A DNA stretch of 64,000 nucleotides from Chloroflexia bacterium (GTDB taxonomy: Bacteria; Chloroflexota; Chloroflexia; QHBQ01; JADMIH01). The stretch lies in contig JBBRDO010000013.1 of NCBI GenBank assembly GCA_038203825.1, forward strand, positions 265 to 64,264. Direction: 5' to 3'. A program made the translations under genes and the position numbers. Below, one piece after another: positions 9,097 through 19,260 of the stretch. The notes beneath the pieces are model-generated. The model searched no databases and was not told the origin of the DNA. It worked only from the letters and a program-made list of their open reading frames with translations. Positions within the stretch are counted from its first letter, which is position 1. Each line of letters starts with the position of its first letter.

Positions 9097-10674
9097 ATGG
9101 CTTACTTAGAGCTTCGCGATATCACAAAGCGTTTCCCGGGCGTGCTGGCCAACGATCACGTCGACCTCACCGTGGAAAAGGGTGAGATCCATGCCTTGGT
9201 CGGGGAAAATGGGGCCGGCAAGACCACCCTCATGCGCATCCTGTACGGCCTGGAGCAGCCCGATGAGGGGGAGATCAGGCTTGGAGGCAAGCGCGTGACC
9301 ATCGACAGTCCCGCTGCTGCCATCCGGCTCGGCATTGGCATGGTGCACCAGCACTTTCAGCTTATACCTTCTATGACTGTGCTCGAAAACGTGGTGCTTG
9401 GCGCTGAACCTGGAAAGTTGGGCATGACAGACCGTGCGGCGGCAGTGGCGAAAGTGCAAGAGATCGCCGCCGGCCTGGGTATAAGTCTGCCATGGGAGGC
9501 CCGTGTGGCCGACTTGTCACTTGGCCCGCAGCAGCGCGTAGAAACCCTCAAAGCCCTCTATCGTCATGCCAATATTCTCATCTTCGATGAGCCCACTACC
9601 GTGCTCACCGCGCAGGAGGCCGACCAGTTGTTCGGTGTGCTGCGCAAGCTGGCGAATGACGGGGCTACCATCATAATCATTACACACAAGCTCCATGAGG
9701 TGATATCCATATCCAGCCGCATCACGGTCATGCGCCGGGGCAAGGTGGCTGGCGTGCTCGAAACAGCGAATAGCAGTCCCCAGAAGATCGCCCGCCTCAT
9801 GGTGGGTGAGGACGTGGGCCACCTGGAGCGCAGCGGTCGCTCACAGCCTGGCGACGAAGTACTTTCCCTCAGTAACCTCTCAGCCCTGGACAAACGGGGT
9901 GCCCCCGCCTTGCGAGGGCTGACCTTGCGAGTGTGCCGTGGGGAAATTGTGGGCGTGGCAGGCGTCGAGGGCAACGGTCAATCCGAGATGGTGCAAGCCA
10001 TCGCAGGGCTAATTCCGGTGACGGGCGGCACCATAAGGATCGCCGGGCACGATGCGGCCGGCGCATCAACTCGCCTGCGGCGCGAGTGGGGCCTCTCGCT
10101 CATCCCTGGCGATCGCAACGCCGAAGGCGTGAGCAAGCTCTCTACTATAATGGATAACATGGCGTGTACGGAATACTATAGACCTCCTCTTTCCAGGTCC
10201 GGCGTGCTTGACGAGGGGGCTATGCAGCGCCGTGCGAGATCCCTTATTGAGCGTTTCTCTGTAAAGGCGCCTTCTCCCTATACGAAGTTGGGCACTCTTT
10301 CAGGTGGTAACGTACAGAAGATCGTGGTAGGGCGCGAACTGGCTGCGGCGCCCCAGGTGCTGATCGCGGCTTACCCCTCGCGGGGTGTCGACGTGCGCTC
10401 CACAGAGCTGATCCACAGCAAGCTGCTGGAATTACGCGCCGGTGGACAGGGCGTGCTGCTTATCTCGGAAGACCTTGGCGAGATCCTGAGCATATGCGAC
10501 CGCGTGCTGGTGCTCTACGAAGGCCGCATCGTGGGCGAAGTGCCCACCGAACAGGCAGACATTTATTGGCTGGGTGAGTTGATGATCGGCGGCAAGCCCG
10601 CCACCAACCCACCGGGTGCCGTAATTGGGACTGCCCAACCAACACTACCGAAAACAGCGTCAACGAAGAGCTAG
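9097..10674 (+). CDS. ABC transporter ATP-binding protein with duplicated ATPase domains
   Basis: 525 aa. Walker A GENGAGKTT, signature-like LSLGPQQRVE, Walker B ILIFDEPT, and a second half with LSGGNVQK. Confidence 0.9.
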   Translation: MAYLELRDITKRFPGVLANDHVDLTVEKGEIHALVGENGAGKTTLMRILYGLEQPDEGEIRLGGKRVTIDSPAAAIRLGIGMVHQHFQLIPSMTVLENVVLGAEPGKLGMTDRAAAVAKVQEIAAGLGISLPWEARVADLSLGPQQRVETLKALYRHANILIFDEPTTVLTAQEADQLFGVLRKLANDGATIIIITHKLHEVISISSRITVMRRGKVAGVLETANSSPQKIARLMVGEDVGHLERSGRSQPGDEVLSLSNLSALDKRGAPALRGLTLRVCRGEIVGVAGVEGNGQSEMVQAIAGLIPVTGGTIRIAGHDAAGASTRLRREWGLSLIPGDRNAEGVSKLSTIMDNMACTEYYRPPLSRSGVLDEGAMQRRARSLIERFSVKAPSPYTKLGTLSGGNVQKIVVGRELAAAPQVLIAAYPSRGVDVRSTELIHSKLLELRAGGQGVLLISEDLGEILSICDRVLVLYEGRIVGEVPTEQADIYWLGELMIGGKPATNPPGAVIGTAQPTLPKTASTKS

Positions 10675-10678
10675 CTCT

Positions 10679-11758
10679 ATGGCCATAACAGACACCCCCA
10701 TCCAGAAACCCACCTCTTCCCTGTATGATCGCCTGGGGCCGCTGGGGCAAAGCCTGGCGCCTTTCGTGCTGGCCCTGGTCGTGGGCGCTCTTGTACTCAC
10801 TGTAACGGGCAAGGATGCCCTCAGCACTTATACAACCATATTTCAGCAGGCATTTCTCGGCGTCACCAACCTGGCCGATACCCTCCTGTTCAGTACACCC
10901 CTCATCCTGACCGGTGTGGCCACAGTTGTTGCATTCCGGGCGGGCGTGTTCAATGTGGGCGTGGAAGGATCCCTCTATCTGGGCGCTTTCATGGCCGCCT
11001 GGGTGGGATTCACCTGGACCGGCTTGCCCGGCTTTGTAGTGCTGCCGCTCGCCTTCATTCTGGCGGGGTTGGTCGGGGCACTGTGGGCATGGGTGCCCGC
11101 TGCTCTCAAGGCTTACCTTCAGGTTGACGAGGTTGTCACCACCCTAATGCTCAACTATATTGCCATCTTCTTCACAAGTTTCCTTGTGAACGGGCCTTTC
11201 CTCGCACCGGGCACAGCTAACTCGATGAGCCCTCTGGTATCTTCGCAGGCCGAAGTGCCCCACTTCATGACAAGCTCTCAGTTCAACTGGTCCTTCGTAT
11301 TCGCAATAGCTCTCACCCTGGGCCTCTGGTGGATGTTGCGCCGTAGCACGCTTGGCTACGCGATCAGGATGGTGGGCGATAACGCTCGCTTCGCGGCGGC
11401 CAGCGGTATCAGTGTGGCGCGTACTATTATTTACTCTATGCTCCTTAGCGGCATGGTGGGAGGGTTCGCAGGGGCAGCACAGATCCTGGGCGTGAATGGA
11501 CGCTTCATAGACAACTTCTCGCCCGGCTACGGCTTTCAGGGCATTACGGTGGCACTGCTGGCCGCCGACCAACCTCTCGTGATTATTCCGGCAGCCATCT
11601 TCTTCGGCGCGCTCACCAACGGTGGCGGGCTGGTGCAGCTATTCTCCAACATACCGATCGACCTGATCAACGTGCTGCAGGGCACCGTTATGCTCTTTGC
11701 CACCACGCGCCTTACCCTGAAGTGGTTCAGAGGCCGAAAGGCTAGGTTGACAGCGTGA
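10679..11758 (+). CDS. ABC transporter permease (BMP-system, YufP/RnsC-like)
   Basis: Polytopic membrane ORF. I chose the ATG at 10679, which is 5 nt after the ATPase stop. Confidence 0.85.
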   Translation: MAITDTPIQKPTSSLYDRLGPLGQSLAPFVLALVVGALVLTVTGKDALSTYTTIFQQAFLGVTNLADTLLFSTPLILTGVATVVAFRAGVFNVGVEGSLYLGAFMAAWVGFTWTGLPGFVVLPLAFILAGLVGALWAWVPAALKAYLQVDEVVTTLMLNYIAIFFTSFLVNGPFLAPGTANSMSPLVSSQAEVPHFMTSSQFNWSFVFAIALTLGLWWMLRRSTLGYAIRMVGDNARFAAASGISVARTIIYSMLLSGMVGGFAGAAQILGVNGRFIDNFSPGYGFQGITVALLAADQPLVIIPAAIFFGALTNGGGLVQLFSNIPIDLINVLQGTVMLFATTRLTLKWFRGRKARLTA

Positions 11759-11840
11759 ATAAGTATACTATTCTGGATTTTGACTGCAGTATGTCAGTTG
11801 CGTGCTGTGCCTGCTGCCCGACCGCTCGGAAGGACAATCG

Positions 11841-12788
11841 ATGTTCGACTCGGCGCTAATTCTAACCCTGCTAAGCAAAACGCTGGAGATGAGCGCGCCC
11901 ATCCTGCTGGCGGCAATGGCCGGCGCTATTTGCCGACAGGCAGGCATCGTGAACATCGGCCTGGAAGGGATGATGCTGGCCGGGGCATTCGGCGGTGTGC
12001 TGTTCAGCTACCTGGCGCACTCGGCGGCTGTGGGCATACTTGGCGCTATCCTGTGCGCATTGGTGCTCGGCGTGATCTTTGCCCTCTTCGTACTCAGCCT
12101 GCGGGGCAACGAAATCGTGTCCGGGCTGGGCTTGAACCTGCTAGCTGTGGGGCTTGCCGGCTACATATTGCCCGTATTGTTCAATGTGCAAGGGGCTTTC
12201 TCCCCACTCGGGCTGCAGGGCTTGCCGCACTGGCATATACCTGTTATTGAAGACATCCCGGTGTTGGGCACGCTCCTATCGGGCTACGACCCCGTGGTCT
12301 ACATCTCCTGGCTGTCAGTGCCGCTCACATGGTTCTTCCTGTACCGAACGAAACCGGGCACTCACTTGCGAGCCGCGGGTGAGGCCGAGGAGGCCGCCAT
12401 GTCCGCCGGTATCAACGCGCGAGGGCTAAAGTGGCTGGCTGTGCTGCTGGGCGCGGCATTATGCGCCCTGGCGGGAGCTCAGCTCTCCCTTTCTCAGGTG
12501 ACTCTGTTCAACAAGCAGATGACAGCCGGTCGCGGCTTCATAGCCCTCGCCGCTTTCTATTTCGGGGAGGCGCGGCCCGTACCCACTGCCATTGCCGCCC
12601 TCGTGTTTGGCTTCTTTGAGGCCCTGCAGTTTCGACTACAGGCCGAGAGAGGAATCTCTCCCCAGCTCATACAGATGCTGCCTTACCTGGCAGTGGTGAT
12701 CGCTCTCGTAGCAGTGGCGGTGCGCAAGCGCTTGCGCCTCAACACGAAGGCGAGGGCCGCGCAGGCAGCCGTGGGGCAGGAGGCATAA
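11841..12788 (+). CDS. ABC transporter permease (BMP-system, YufQ/RnsD-like)
   Basis: Polytopic membrane ORF. The ATG at 11841 is preceded by GGAAGGA. Confidence 0.85.
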   Translation: MFDSALILTLLSKTLEMSAPILLAAMAGAICRQAGIVNIGLEGMMLAGAFGGVLFSYLAHSAAVGILGAILCALVLGVIFALFVLSLRGNEIVSGLGLNLLAVGLAGYILPVLFNVQGAFSPLGLQGLPHWHIPVIEDIPVLGTLLSGYDPVVYISWLSVPLTWFFLYRTKPGTHLRAAGEAEEAAMSAGINARGLKWLAVLLGAALCALAGAQLSLSQVTLFNKQMTAGRGFIALAAFYFGEARPVPTAIAALVFGFFEALQFRLQAERGISPQLIQMLPYLAVVIALVAVAVRKRLRLNTKARAAQAAVGQEA

Positions 12789-12789
12789 T

Positions 12790-13386
12790 ATGACGCAGCA
12801 TACGGGCACCGGCGCAGGAACAGCTCCAAAGGGCGACGTGGCCCTCATACTTATAGATGTCATCAAGGGCTTCTACGAGCCGGGAGGTGAATTCTACCAC
12901 GAGGTGTACGCAGCCACTCTTCCCCCTATTCGGAAGCTGCTGGAAGCCGCGCGCACACGGGGCAGGCTCATCGTGCACGCGCGGGAGGGACATTCGCAGG
13001 GCGAGCCCAACTTTGAGCTTATCAAGCTGCCCGAGCACGCGCTTATGAATTCGTTCCACAGAGAGTTCGCCCAGGGTGCTGAGCCGTTGCCCGGAGAAGT
13101 CGACCTGCGTAAGCGCCGTTACAGCGCCTTCTTTGCGACCGACCTCTCCGTCATGCTCGCCGAATACGGCATCAAGCACCTGGTGCTGGCGGGCTGCAAG
13201 ACCAACGTGTGCGTGCGTGCCACGGCTCAGGACGCTTTCGGCTACGGCCTGGACGTGGTCGTGCCCGTTGAAGCCGTGGCGTCCAACCGCCCGCATCTGC
13301 ACGAGGCCAGTCTAGAGGACATAGACAGATATATAGGTAGGGTCGTGCCACTCGCTGAGGCGGTGAGCCTGCTTCGCGAAGGATAG
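12790..13386 (+). CDS. Isochorismatase-family cysteine hydrolase (nicotinamidase/amidase-like)
   Basis: Catalytic-triad context ALILIDV (Asp), KRRYSAFF (Lys) and GCKTNVCVRATAQDA (Cys). It starts 2 nt after the permease stop. Confidence 0.85.
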   Translation: MTQHTGTGAGTAPKGDVALILIDVIKGFYEPGGEFYHEVYAATLPPIRKLLEAARTRGRLIVHAREGHSQGEPNFELIKLPEHALMNSFHREFAQGAEPLPGEVDLRKRRYSAFFATDLSVMLAEYGIKHLVLAGCKTNVCVRATAQDAFGYGLDVVVPVEAVASNRPHLHEASLEDIDRYIGRVVPLAEAVSLLREG

Positions 13387-13400
13387 CCGGCAGAGTCAAT

Positions 13401-14372
13401 ATGAGCGAGCAACCGGATAATAGTACAAGAACTGATACACGCCCCAGGCTGGCAGTCGTGGCAGCGGGTTACCCTTCGCTTGATAGCATCTATCAGGTGA
13501 GTCATCTGCCCGCGCCCGGCAGGACCGGGATAATCCTCAGTCGCAGCGACAAGCGTCACTGGGGCGGGTGTGCGTTCAACATAGCGGTGGGCATATCCCG
13601 AATGGGCCTCCAGACAGGCGTCATAGGCACGCTTGGCGACGATGAGGAGGGCCGAAGCTATCTGCAGTGGCTGCGAGAGAACGGGGTAGATAGCACGGCT
13701 GTCACCATGCAGGAAGGCGGCAGTACTCCTATCAGCAACCTCTACTACGACCCTGCCGGCACCAGCGTTTGCTATTACTGGCCCGGAGCATCCGGGCAGC
13801 CAGGGGACGCGGGCCCCCAAAGCGAGGTACTGAGGAGGGCAGACTGGCTCGTGCTGGCAGTGGCTCCCGCCGGCCTGACCCTTCGTCTGCTGGACATGGC
13901 CGAACAGCAGGACGCTCACCCAGCCCTGAACATAGCCTGGAGCGTGAAAGCAGATGCCCATGCTCACCCATCCGAGCTGATTATGCGAATGCTGGCTGCA
14001 AGTCGCCTGATATTCCTGAACGCAGACGAACTGCACTTCATTGGAGAGGCTACCGGGCGCTCCACTTTAGAGGGAATACTGGCCGTTGGACCCGAGACGG
14101 TGGTCCTCACCCTTGGAGCGCAGGGCAGTAGCATTACCACTCGCAGCGGGACTATACAGGTGCCCGCTGCTCCGGTCAGGCAGGTAGTGGACACGACGGG
14201 TAGCGGGGATGCTTACGTGTCAGGCTTTCTCGCCGCTTATATTCGAGGGGCAACACCCAGGGAGGCGGCCATGGTAGGTGCGAGGAACGCTGCTGCTGTG
14301 CTCGAACAGGTGGGCAGCCAGACGGGGCTTTGCACATGGGAGGAAGAGCTATGGAGACAGACGCACATCTGA
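13401..14372 (+). CDS. PfkB-family carbohydrate/nucleoside kinase
   Basis: C-terminal DTTGSGDAYVSGFLAAY motif of ribokinase-like kinases. Confidence 0.85.
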   Translation: MSEQPDNSTRTDTRPRLAVVAAGYPSLDSIYQVSHLPAPGRTGIILSRSDKRHWGGCAFNIAVGISRMGLQTGVIGTLGDDEEGRSYLQWLRENGVDSTAVTMQEGGSTPISNLYYDPAGTSVCYYWPGASGQPGDAGPQSEVLRRADWLVLAVAPAGLTLRLLDMAEQQDAHPALNIAWSVKADAHAHPSELIMRMLAASRLIFLNADELHFIGEATGRSTLEGILAVGPETVVLTLGAQGSSITTRSGTIQVPAAPVRQVVDTTGSGDAYVSGFLAAYIRGATPREAAMVGARNAAAVLEQVGSQTGLCTWEEELWRQTHI

Positions 14373-15202
14373 GTGCCGGAGAACCAGGCAGGGCTGGTCA
14401 GTTTCGCGCAGCATCGACGAGCGACCTCGGTCCTGAGCCCGGCCACGGTTGGTATCTGAAATGCAAACAGGGCGATATTGCGGAGCGCGTCATACTGGTA
14501 GGCGACCCCGGTAGAGTTGAGATATTCGCACAGGAGCTGGAAGGGGCCCGCACAGTGAACGCCAACAGGGCGCTGATCACAGTGACAGGGCGGTATCAAA
14601 GTGTGCCTGTGTCGGTAGCGGCCTTTGGTATGGGAGCTCCCATCATGGCGGTGGTACTCGAAGAGGTGGTTTGGCTGGGTGCCAAGGTAGTACTGCGAGC
14701 CGGTACGGCCATGTCAGTCGCGCCGGGCTGGTACGGGCGCTTCATAGTGGCCGATGCCGCCATACGAGGCGAGTCGACGTCCGCTACCTACGTGCCAATG
14801 TCGTACCCCGCGGTGGCCGATCATCGCATGGCGGGCACCCTGTCCACTGTGCTGGACGAGCTAGGACTGGACTGGGGCCTCGGCCTCATAGCCTCCTACG
14901 ATGGCTTCTACTCGGAGCTATTCGCTCTGGGGCCGCGCAGGCGCGAAGAAGTGCTCTCCCTGCGGGCCACGTTGGCCTCTCTGGGTGCGGCAGCAACTGA
15001 TATGGAAACTTCCGCCCTGCTAACCATCGGCCGCTACCTGGGTGCGCAATGCGGCTCCCTCTGCCTTGTAACTGTGGACGGGCCAACCCAATCTGCTCTC
15101 GATGGGCAGGAGCGTGAGGAGAGCGAGGCTGCCCTTGTACAAGCGGCGCTCGAAGCGGTCACGCGCTGTCCCATTGCAGACAGCAGTACGCGAGACCGAT
15201 AA
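14351..15202 (+). CDS. PNP/UDP-family nucleoside phosphorylase
   Basis: VILVGDPGRVEIFA and ATDMETSALL motifs. GGAGG lies 7 nt upstream of the ATG at 14351, and the gene overlaps the kinase 3' end. Confidence 0.75.
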   Translation: METDAHLSAGEPGRAGQFRAASTSDLGPEPGHGWYLKCKQGDIAERVILVGDPGRVEIFAQELEGARTVNANRALITVTGRYQSVPVSVAAFGMGAPIMAVVLEEVVWLGAKVVLRAGTAMSVAPGWYGRFIVADAAIRGESTSATYVPMSYPAVADHRMAGTLSTVLDELGLDWGLGLIASYDGFYSELFALGPRRREEVLSLRATLASLGAAATDMETSALLTIGRYLGAQCGSLCLVTVDGPTQSALDGQEREESEAALVQAALEAVTRCPIADSSTRDR

Positions 15203-15270
15203 CTATTTGAAGCTGGACTCACTCGTTTCGTCCGGTTCATACCGAAGTCAAAATAGAAAGGTGGAACACT

Positions 15271-16047
15271 ATGGAAGAAACCAAAACGAGCGCTGCCACT
15301 CGCTATCTGCAGCGCGCACAACAAGTAGTGGCTAAAATAGAAGAGACACAGGTCACCGCGATTCGGGAGGCGGCGTCATATATGGCCGGCGCGATTGAGG
15401 GCGGTGGGCTTGTACATGTGTTTGGTACAGGACACGGAAGCCTGCCCTCCCTGGAGGCGTTCCCCCGCAGCGGCAGTATTATCGGCTTCCACAGCATCGC
15501 TGAACTGCCGATTACCCTTCTACATCATGTGTACGGCGATATGGGAGTAAATCAATTCAGGTTCCTTCAACGGCAAGAAGGCTACGGCACTGCTATTCTG
15601 TCCAGCCACCGCCCCCAACCGGGGGATGTGCTCCTCCTGTTCTCCCATTCGGGCATGAACTCGCCGGTGCTCGACATGGCACTGGAGGCCAAAAAGATCG
15701 GAATGCCGGTGGTGGCAGTTACATCACGCGAGCATTCGATGGCAGTCAAGCCCAGGCATTCCAGCGGGCAGCGCTTGTTGGAGATAGCCGACGTGGTGAT
15801 AGACACCGGCGCGCCGCTGGGCGATGCGTCCATAGACATCGAGGGTCTTGAGCACAAGGTCGGCCCTGTCTCCACCGTAGCTACCATGTCAATCATGAAC
15901 GCGCTGGTCGTGGAGACCGCCGAGCAGTTGCTAGCTCGAGGATACACGCCTCACGTGGAAGTGAATATGAACGTGCCCAGCGAAACTTCCATCCGCCAGC
16001 ATAACGACGAAGGCTACGCGGAACTGCGAAAGCGCCTCATAAGATGA
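15271..16047 (+). CDS. SIS-domain protein (single sugar-phosphate isomerase/binding domain, UPF0309-like)
   Basis: VHVFGTGHGS and LLLFSHSGMNSPVLDMALEAKKIGMPVVAVTS are SIS nucleotide-fold patterns. Confidence 0.7.
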   Translation: MEETKTSAATRYLQRAQQVVAKIEETQVTAIREAASYMAGAIEGGGLVHVFGTGHGSLPSLEAFPRSGSIIGFHSIAELPITLLHHVYGDMGVNQFRFLQRQEGYGTAILSSHRPQPGDVLLLFSHSGMNSPVLDMALEAKKIGMPVVAVTSREHSMAVKPRHSSGQRLLEIADVVIDTGAPLGDASIDIEGLEHKVGPVSTVATMSIMNALVVETAEQLLARGYTPHVEVNMNVPSETSIRQHNDEGYAELRKRLIR

Positions 16048-16086
16048 GGTTTTTCCGCTTTCAATTACAGACTGCAGAGGTATCCT

Positions 16087-17577
16087 ATGGACATTACTCC
16101 AGTGACACCGGCGGCAAACAGCAAGACTTTGCCCAACATAAATACAAGCCTTTTCATCGATGGACAGTGGGTAGAGGCTCTGGCCGGAGAGCGCTTCAAC
16201 GTTACCGACCCCGGCACGCAGGAGGTCGTGGGCAGTGCCTCCCTTGGACGGCGTGCCGATGCCGTGCGCGCTCTGGAGGCCGCTGACCGGGCCTTTCCTG
16301 CCTGGTCTCGTACGTCTGCATACGAGCGGGGGCGCATCCTGCGGCGGGCAGCCGACCTGATTCGGGAGCGGGTCGACGCTATAGCGGTTACGCTTACGCG
16401 GGAGCAGGGCAAGCCTGTGTCCGACAGCCGCAAAGAAATACTGTTCGGTGCGGACGTGATCGAGTATTACTCCGAAGAGGGCAAACGGATCAAAGGCGAC
16501 TGGATAACCCCCGTATCTACCCACACCCGCAGCCTCGTGATCCGCCAGCCTGTTGGCGTCGTGGTAGCGATCGTTCCCTGGAACTATCCCGTGGATCTGC
16601 TCACCTGGAAGATCGGACCTGCACTGGCTGCAGGCTGCACCTTGGTGGCGAAGCCGCCCACCGAAACTCCTCTAGCTGTTGCGCAGGTCATGCAATGTTT
16701 CGCCGACGCGGGCCTCCCTCACGGGGTGCTCAATATGGTGACCGGGCCTGGGCGCGAAGTGGGCGAGGAGCTGGTGGCGAATCCTTTGTCGCGCAAGATA
16801 AGTGTGACGGGATCCACATCTACGGGCAGGCGAGTAATGGAGCTTGCAGCGCAGCACATAAAACGTCTGACGTTGGAGCTTGGTGGCCAGGCGCCTATCA
16901 TCATCTTCCGGGACGCCGATCTTAGCTTAGCCGTACCCGCTGCTGCTCGCCGCTCCTTCTCCAACATGGGCCAGATCTGCATCGCCGTCAACCGTATTTA
17001 CGCTGACAAGCAGATCAGTCGTGATGTTGCCGAAGGTGTCGTGGAGTTCGCCAAGCATATGAAGATCGGCCATGGCCTCGACCCGGGAGTAGAGTACGGC
17101 CCCATGCTGAACGAAGCAGGTCGTGAGCAAACCCGCAGCCACGTAAGTGATGCGTTGGAACGGGGTGCGACACTGCTGTATGGCGGCAAGGAGCCTGAGG
17201 GAGAGCAGTACAGCAGAGGCTATTACTACCTCCCCACTGTGCTCGAGGGCGTCACGCCTGATATGCGTGTGATGCGCGAGGAGACTTTCGGGCCGGTGGC
17301 TCCCGTTGCTGCCTTTGACGACCTCGACGCAGTAATTGCGCAGGCCAACGCCACGCAGTATGGTCTGGCGGCCTACATCTATACTCGCGATCTGACTACA
17401 GCCCTGTTCACAGCTGAGCGACTGGAGGCGGGTGGTGTGGGTATCAACGTAAACGACGTGTCGGAGTTAGGCGCCCCCTTCGGTGGATGGAAAGAGAGCG
17501 GCTTCGGTCGGGAACTGGGCCACGAGGGCATCGAATCGTGCCTGGAAACCAAGCACATCCGCATTGGTGGTCTGTGA
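16087..17577 (+). CDS. NAD(P)-dependent aldehyde dehydrogenase
   Basis: 496 aa with VPWNYP, the ELGG catalytic Glu and GQICIAVNR catalytic Cys motifs. Confidence 0.9.
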   Translation: MDITPVTPAANSKTLPNINTSLFIDGQWVEALAGERFNVTDPGTQEVVGSASLGRRADAVRALEAADRAFPAWSRTSAYERGRILRRAADLIRERVDAIAVTLTREQGKPVSDSRKEILFGADVIEYYSEEGKRIKGDWITPVSTHTRSLVIRQPVGVVVAIVPWNYPVDLLTWKIGPALAAGCTLVAKPPTETPLAVAQVMQCFADAGLPHGVLNMVTGPGREVGEELVANPLSRKISVTGSTSTGRRVMELAAQHIKRLTLELGGQAPIIIFRDADLSLAVPAAARRSFSNMGQICIAVNRIYADKQISRDVAEGVVEFAKHMKIGHGLDPGVEYGPMLNEAGREQTRSHVSDALERGATLLYGGKEPEGEQYSRGYYYLPTVLEGVTPDMRVMREETFGPVAPVAAFDDLDAVIAQANATQYGLAAYIYTRDLTTALFTAERLEAGGVGINVNDVSELGAPFGGWKESGFGRELGHEGIESCLETKHIRIGGL

Positions 17578-17635
17578 CGGCATGTGAGTAGCAATGGATA
17601 GTGTTGGCGAATTCTCAGCCAGGCCGGAATGAGCC

Positions 17636-18330
17636 TCATGCTGCCAATGCACAGGGCAGCGGAGCTAGAGCGGCGAAGTGCGACATATGAGTCTTGGCGC
17701 GTGGAATTCCTCCCAACCATGCCACTATTCTTACGATGTTTGATGCCGGCCGCCGTTAGAATATGTGGCAGGTGGGTCTTGGCCAGCCCGGATACCCTCT
17801 GGGTGATAACTTGTCTCTCGCAACTCATAAGCTCGGACCCCTTGCGATAGAGTGCCCTCCACCCACGCTCGGTGCATCTATCGAGAGCCATTGGGGTGTC
17901 CTTTGCTGCTGGCGGATGGCTTGTATGGCCTGGTGGTTGTCTTTGGTTCTGAATGTCACGTGCCGAGGCTCGGTGTCGGCTCGAGTGCATTGAGCACGCA
18001 CCGGACACTTCAGACAGTCACCTCGGTGAAATCGCACGCCAATTATCTGATTGCCCCACTTGCAACTGGTAGTCTGGTGTACGGATATAAGGTCGGGCTA
18101 TCACGTAGATGCGTGTGCCTCGCTTATGGGCAAGCGGCACCAGATCAGCGCCCTCACTTTCGGAGTAGCGCTCCTCGGCACGGTGGGACTTCAAGCGAAT
18201 AGCAGTGCGGTCATCAAACACAACCCCCTCGCCGATCTCCTCATCGAGGTTCCAAAAGGGGCATTGTCGTCCATCCGGCATCCGTTGACTGTGCTCGTGT
18301 TAGGCCATATTTCTGAAGATAACTAGATAT
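17636..18330 (-). pseudogene. Fragmented DDE transposase C-terminal region (IS1182/IS5-like)
   Basis: Pieces lie in three frames: GDCLKCPVRAQCTRADTEPRHVTF, WRALYRKGSE, GLAKTHLPHILTAAG, then (my translation) ASNIVRIVAWLGGIPRAKTHMSHFAALAP with a stop at 17636. These are typical transposase C-terminal motifs broken by frameshifts. The fragment begins 59 nt after the ALDH stop. Confidence 0.6.
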
Positions 18331-18469
18331 ATGACGCCATGTATAATTCAATAGCACTTTATGATCTTCCTCTGTCGCGCTCAACCCCATGAGGCCAGAC
18401 CCCGTCACAGGCACACCGCTACTCCTAGCGAACATAAATGCTTCCTCTGACGGCTTCTCGAAGGGTAGC

Positions 18470-18855
18470 ACGTGTACGACTGACGCTCGCCTGAGCAACT
18501 CGTCATATACTGTCAATTCTGCGGGAGCGGCAAATAGCCCAGGCTGGAATGACGACGCTTTTGGTTGTAGACGTGCTCGATGAACTGGCCGATGTTCGCC
18601 TCAGCCTCCACAAATGTCCGATATTGCTGCAGATACATCTCCTCCCGCTTTAGCGTTTTGAAGAAGCTCTTGGTTTTAGCGTTATCCTATGGATTGCCCT
18701 TGGCCGACATGCTCACCAGCATACCCACACTCTCCAATCGCTCAACGTAGGCATTACTGGCGTAGCCCCCCAAGCCCCTAGGTCTGAGTGATGTACTAGT
18801 TCTGGCTGTACCCGGCGGGTAGATGACCCCCCTAACCAGCCGCAAGAACTGATGT
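18470..18855 (-). pseudogene. IS3-family transposase (rve integrase) C-terminal fragment with frameshift and in-frame stop
   Basis: My translation reads PELVHHSDLG / YASNAYVERLESVGMLVSMSAKGNP*DNAKTKSFFKTLKREEMYLQQYRTFVEAEANIGQFIEHVYNQKRRHSSLGYLPPAEF. This is the classic OrfB tail interrupted by TAG. Confidence 0.7.
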
Positions 18856-18857
18856 GT

Positions 18858-19188
18858 TTACCTGGGCGTTTCCGACCACTTGAGGAGGATGCGTTTGGCG
18901 AAGCCGCCTCGGTTAATGCGACGCTCGGTCTGGATTGCACACACGGTGTCCGGGTCGATGTTGTTGGCCAGGAGAATGGAGTCGACGACTTCGAACAGGT
19001 CGGCTAGCTCCACGGACAGTTCCTCCGGTGAGTCTTGGCTGACCTCCTGCGCTTCTTCAACGAGTTTGGCAAGCAAGGCGTTGACAATAGTCAATGTCGG
19101 TTAGGGTGGCGGTCTCATATTGGCCGTTGCTCTGGGCTATGATTTCGGGGATACGGTCTCGGACAAGTTTGTTGTATTGTTTGCGCAT
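18858..19188 (-). pseudogene. MazG-like nucleotide pyrophosphohydrolase with an apparent 1-nt frameshift near 19095
   Basis: From the ATG at 19188 (AGAGGA upstream) the frame reads MRKQYNKLVRDRIPEIIAQSNGQYETATLTD. It then shifts into the track ORF ...ALLAKLVEEAQEVSQDSPEELSVELADLFEVVDSILLANNIDPDTV...RGGFAKRILL. The two halves together make one full-length family member. Confidence 0.6.
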
Positions 19189-19260
19189 GATGTCCTCTAT
19201 TAGAATTGGGCCAGGTTGCGAGAGAGCGCCACCTGCTCAACGTAGTCAGCCACGGCAAAG

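Noticed and set aside
12739-14036. Minus-strand ORFs of 187 and 264 aa
   Set aside because: They are antisense to the isochorismatase-family and PfkB genes, which carry catalytic motifs.
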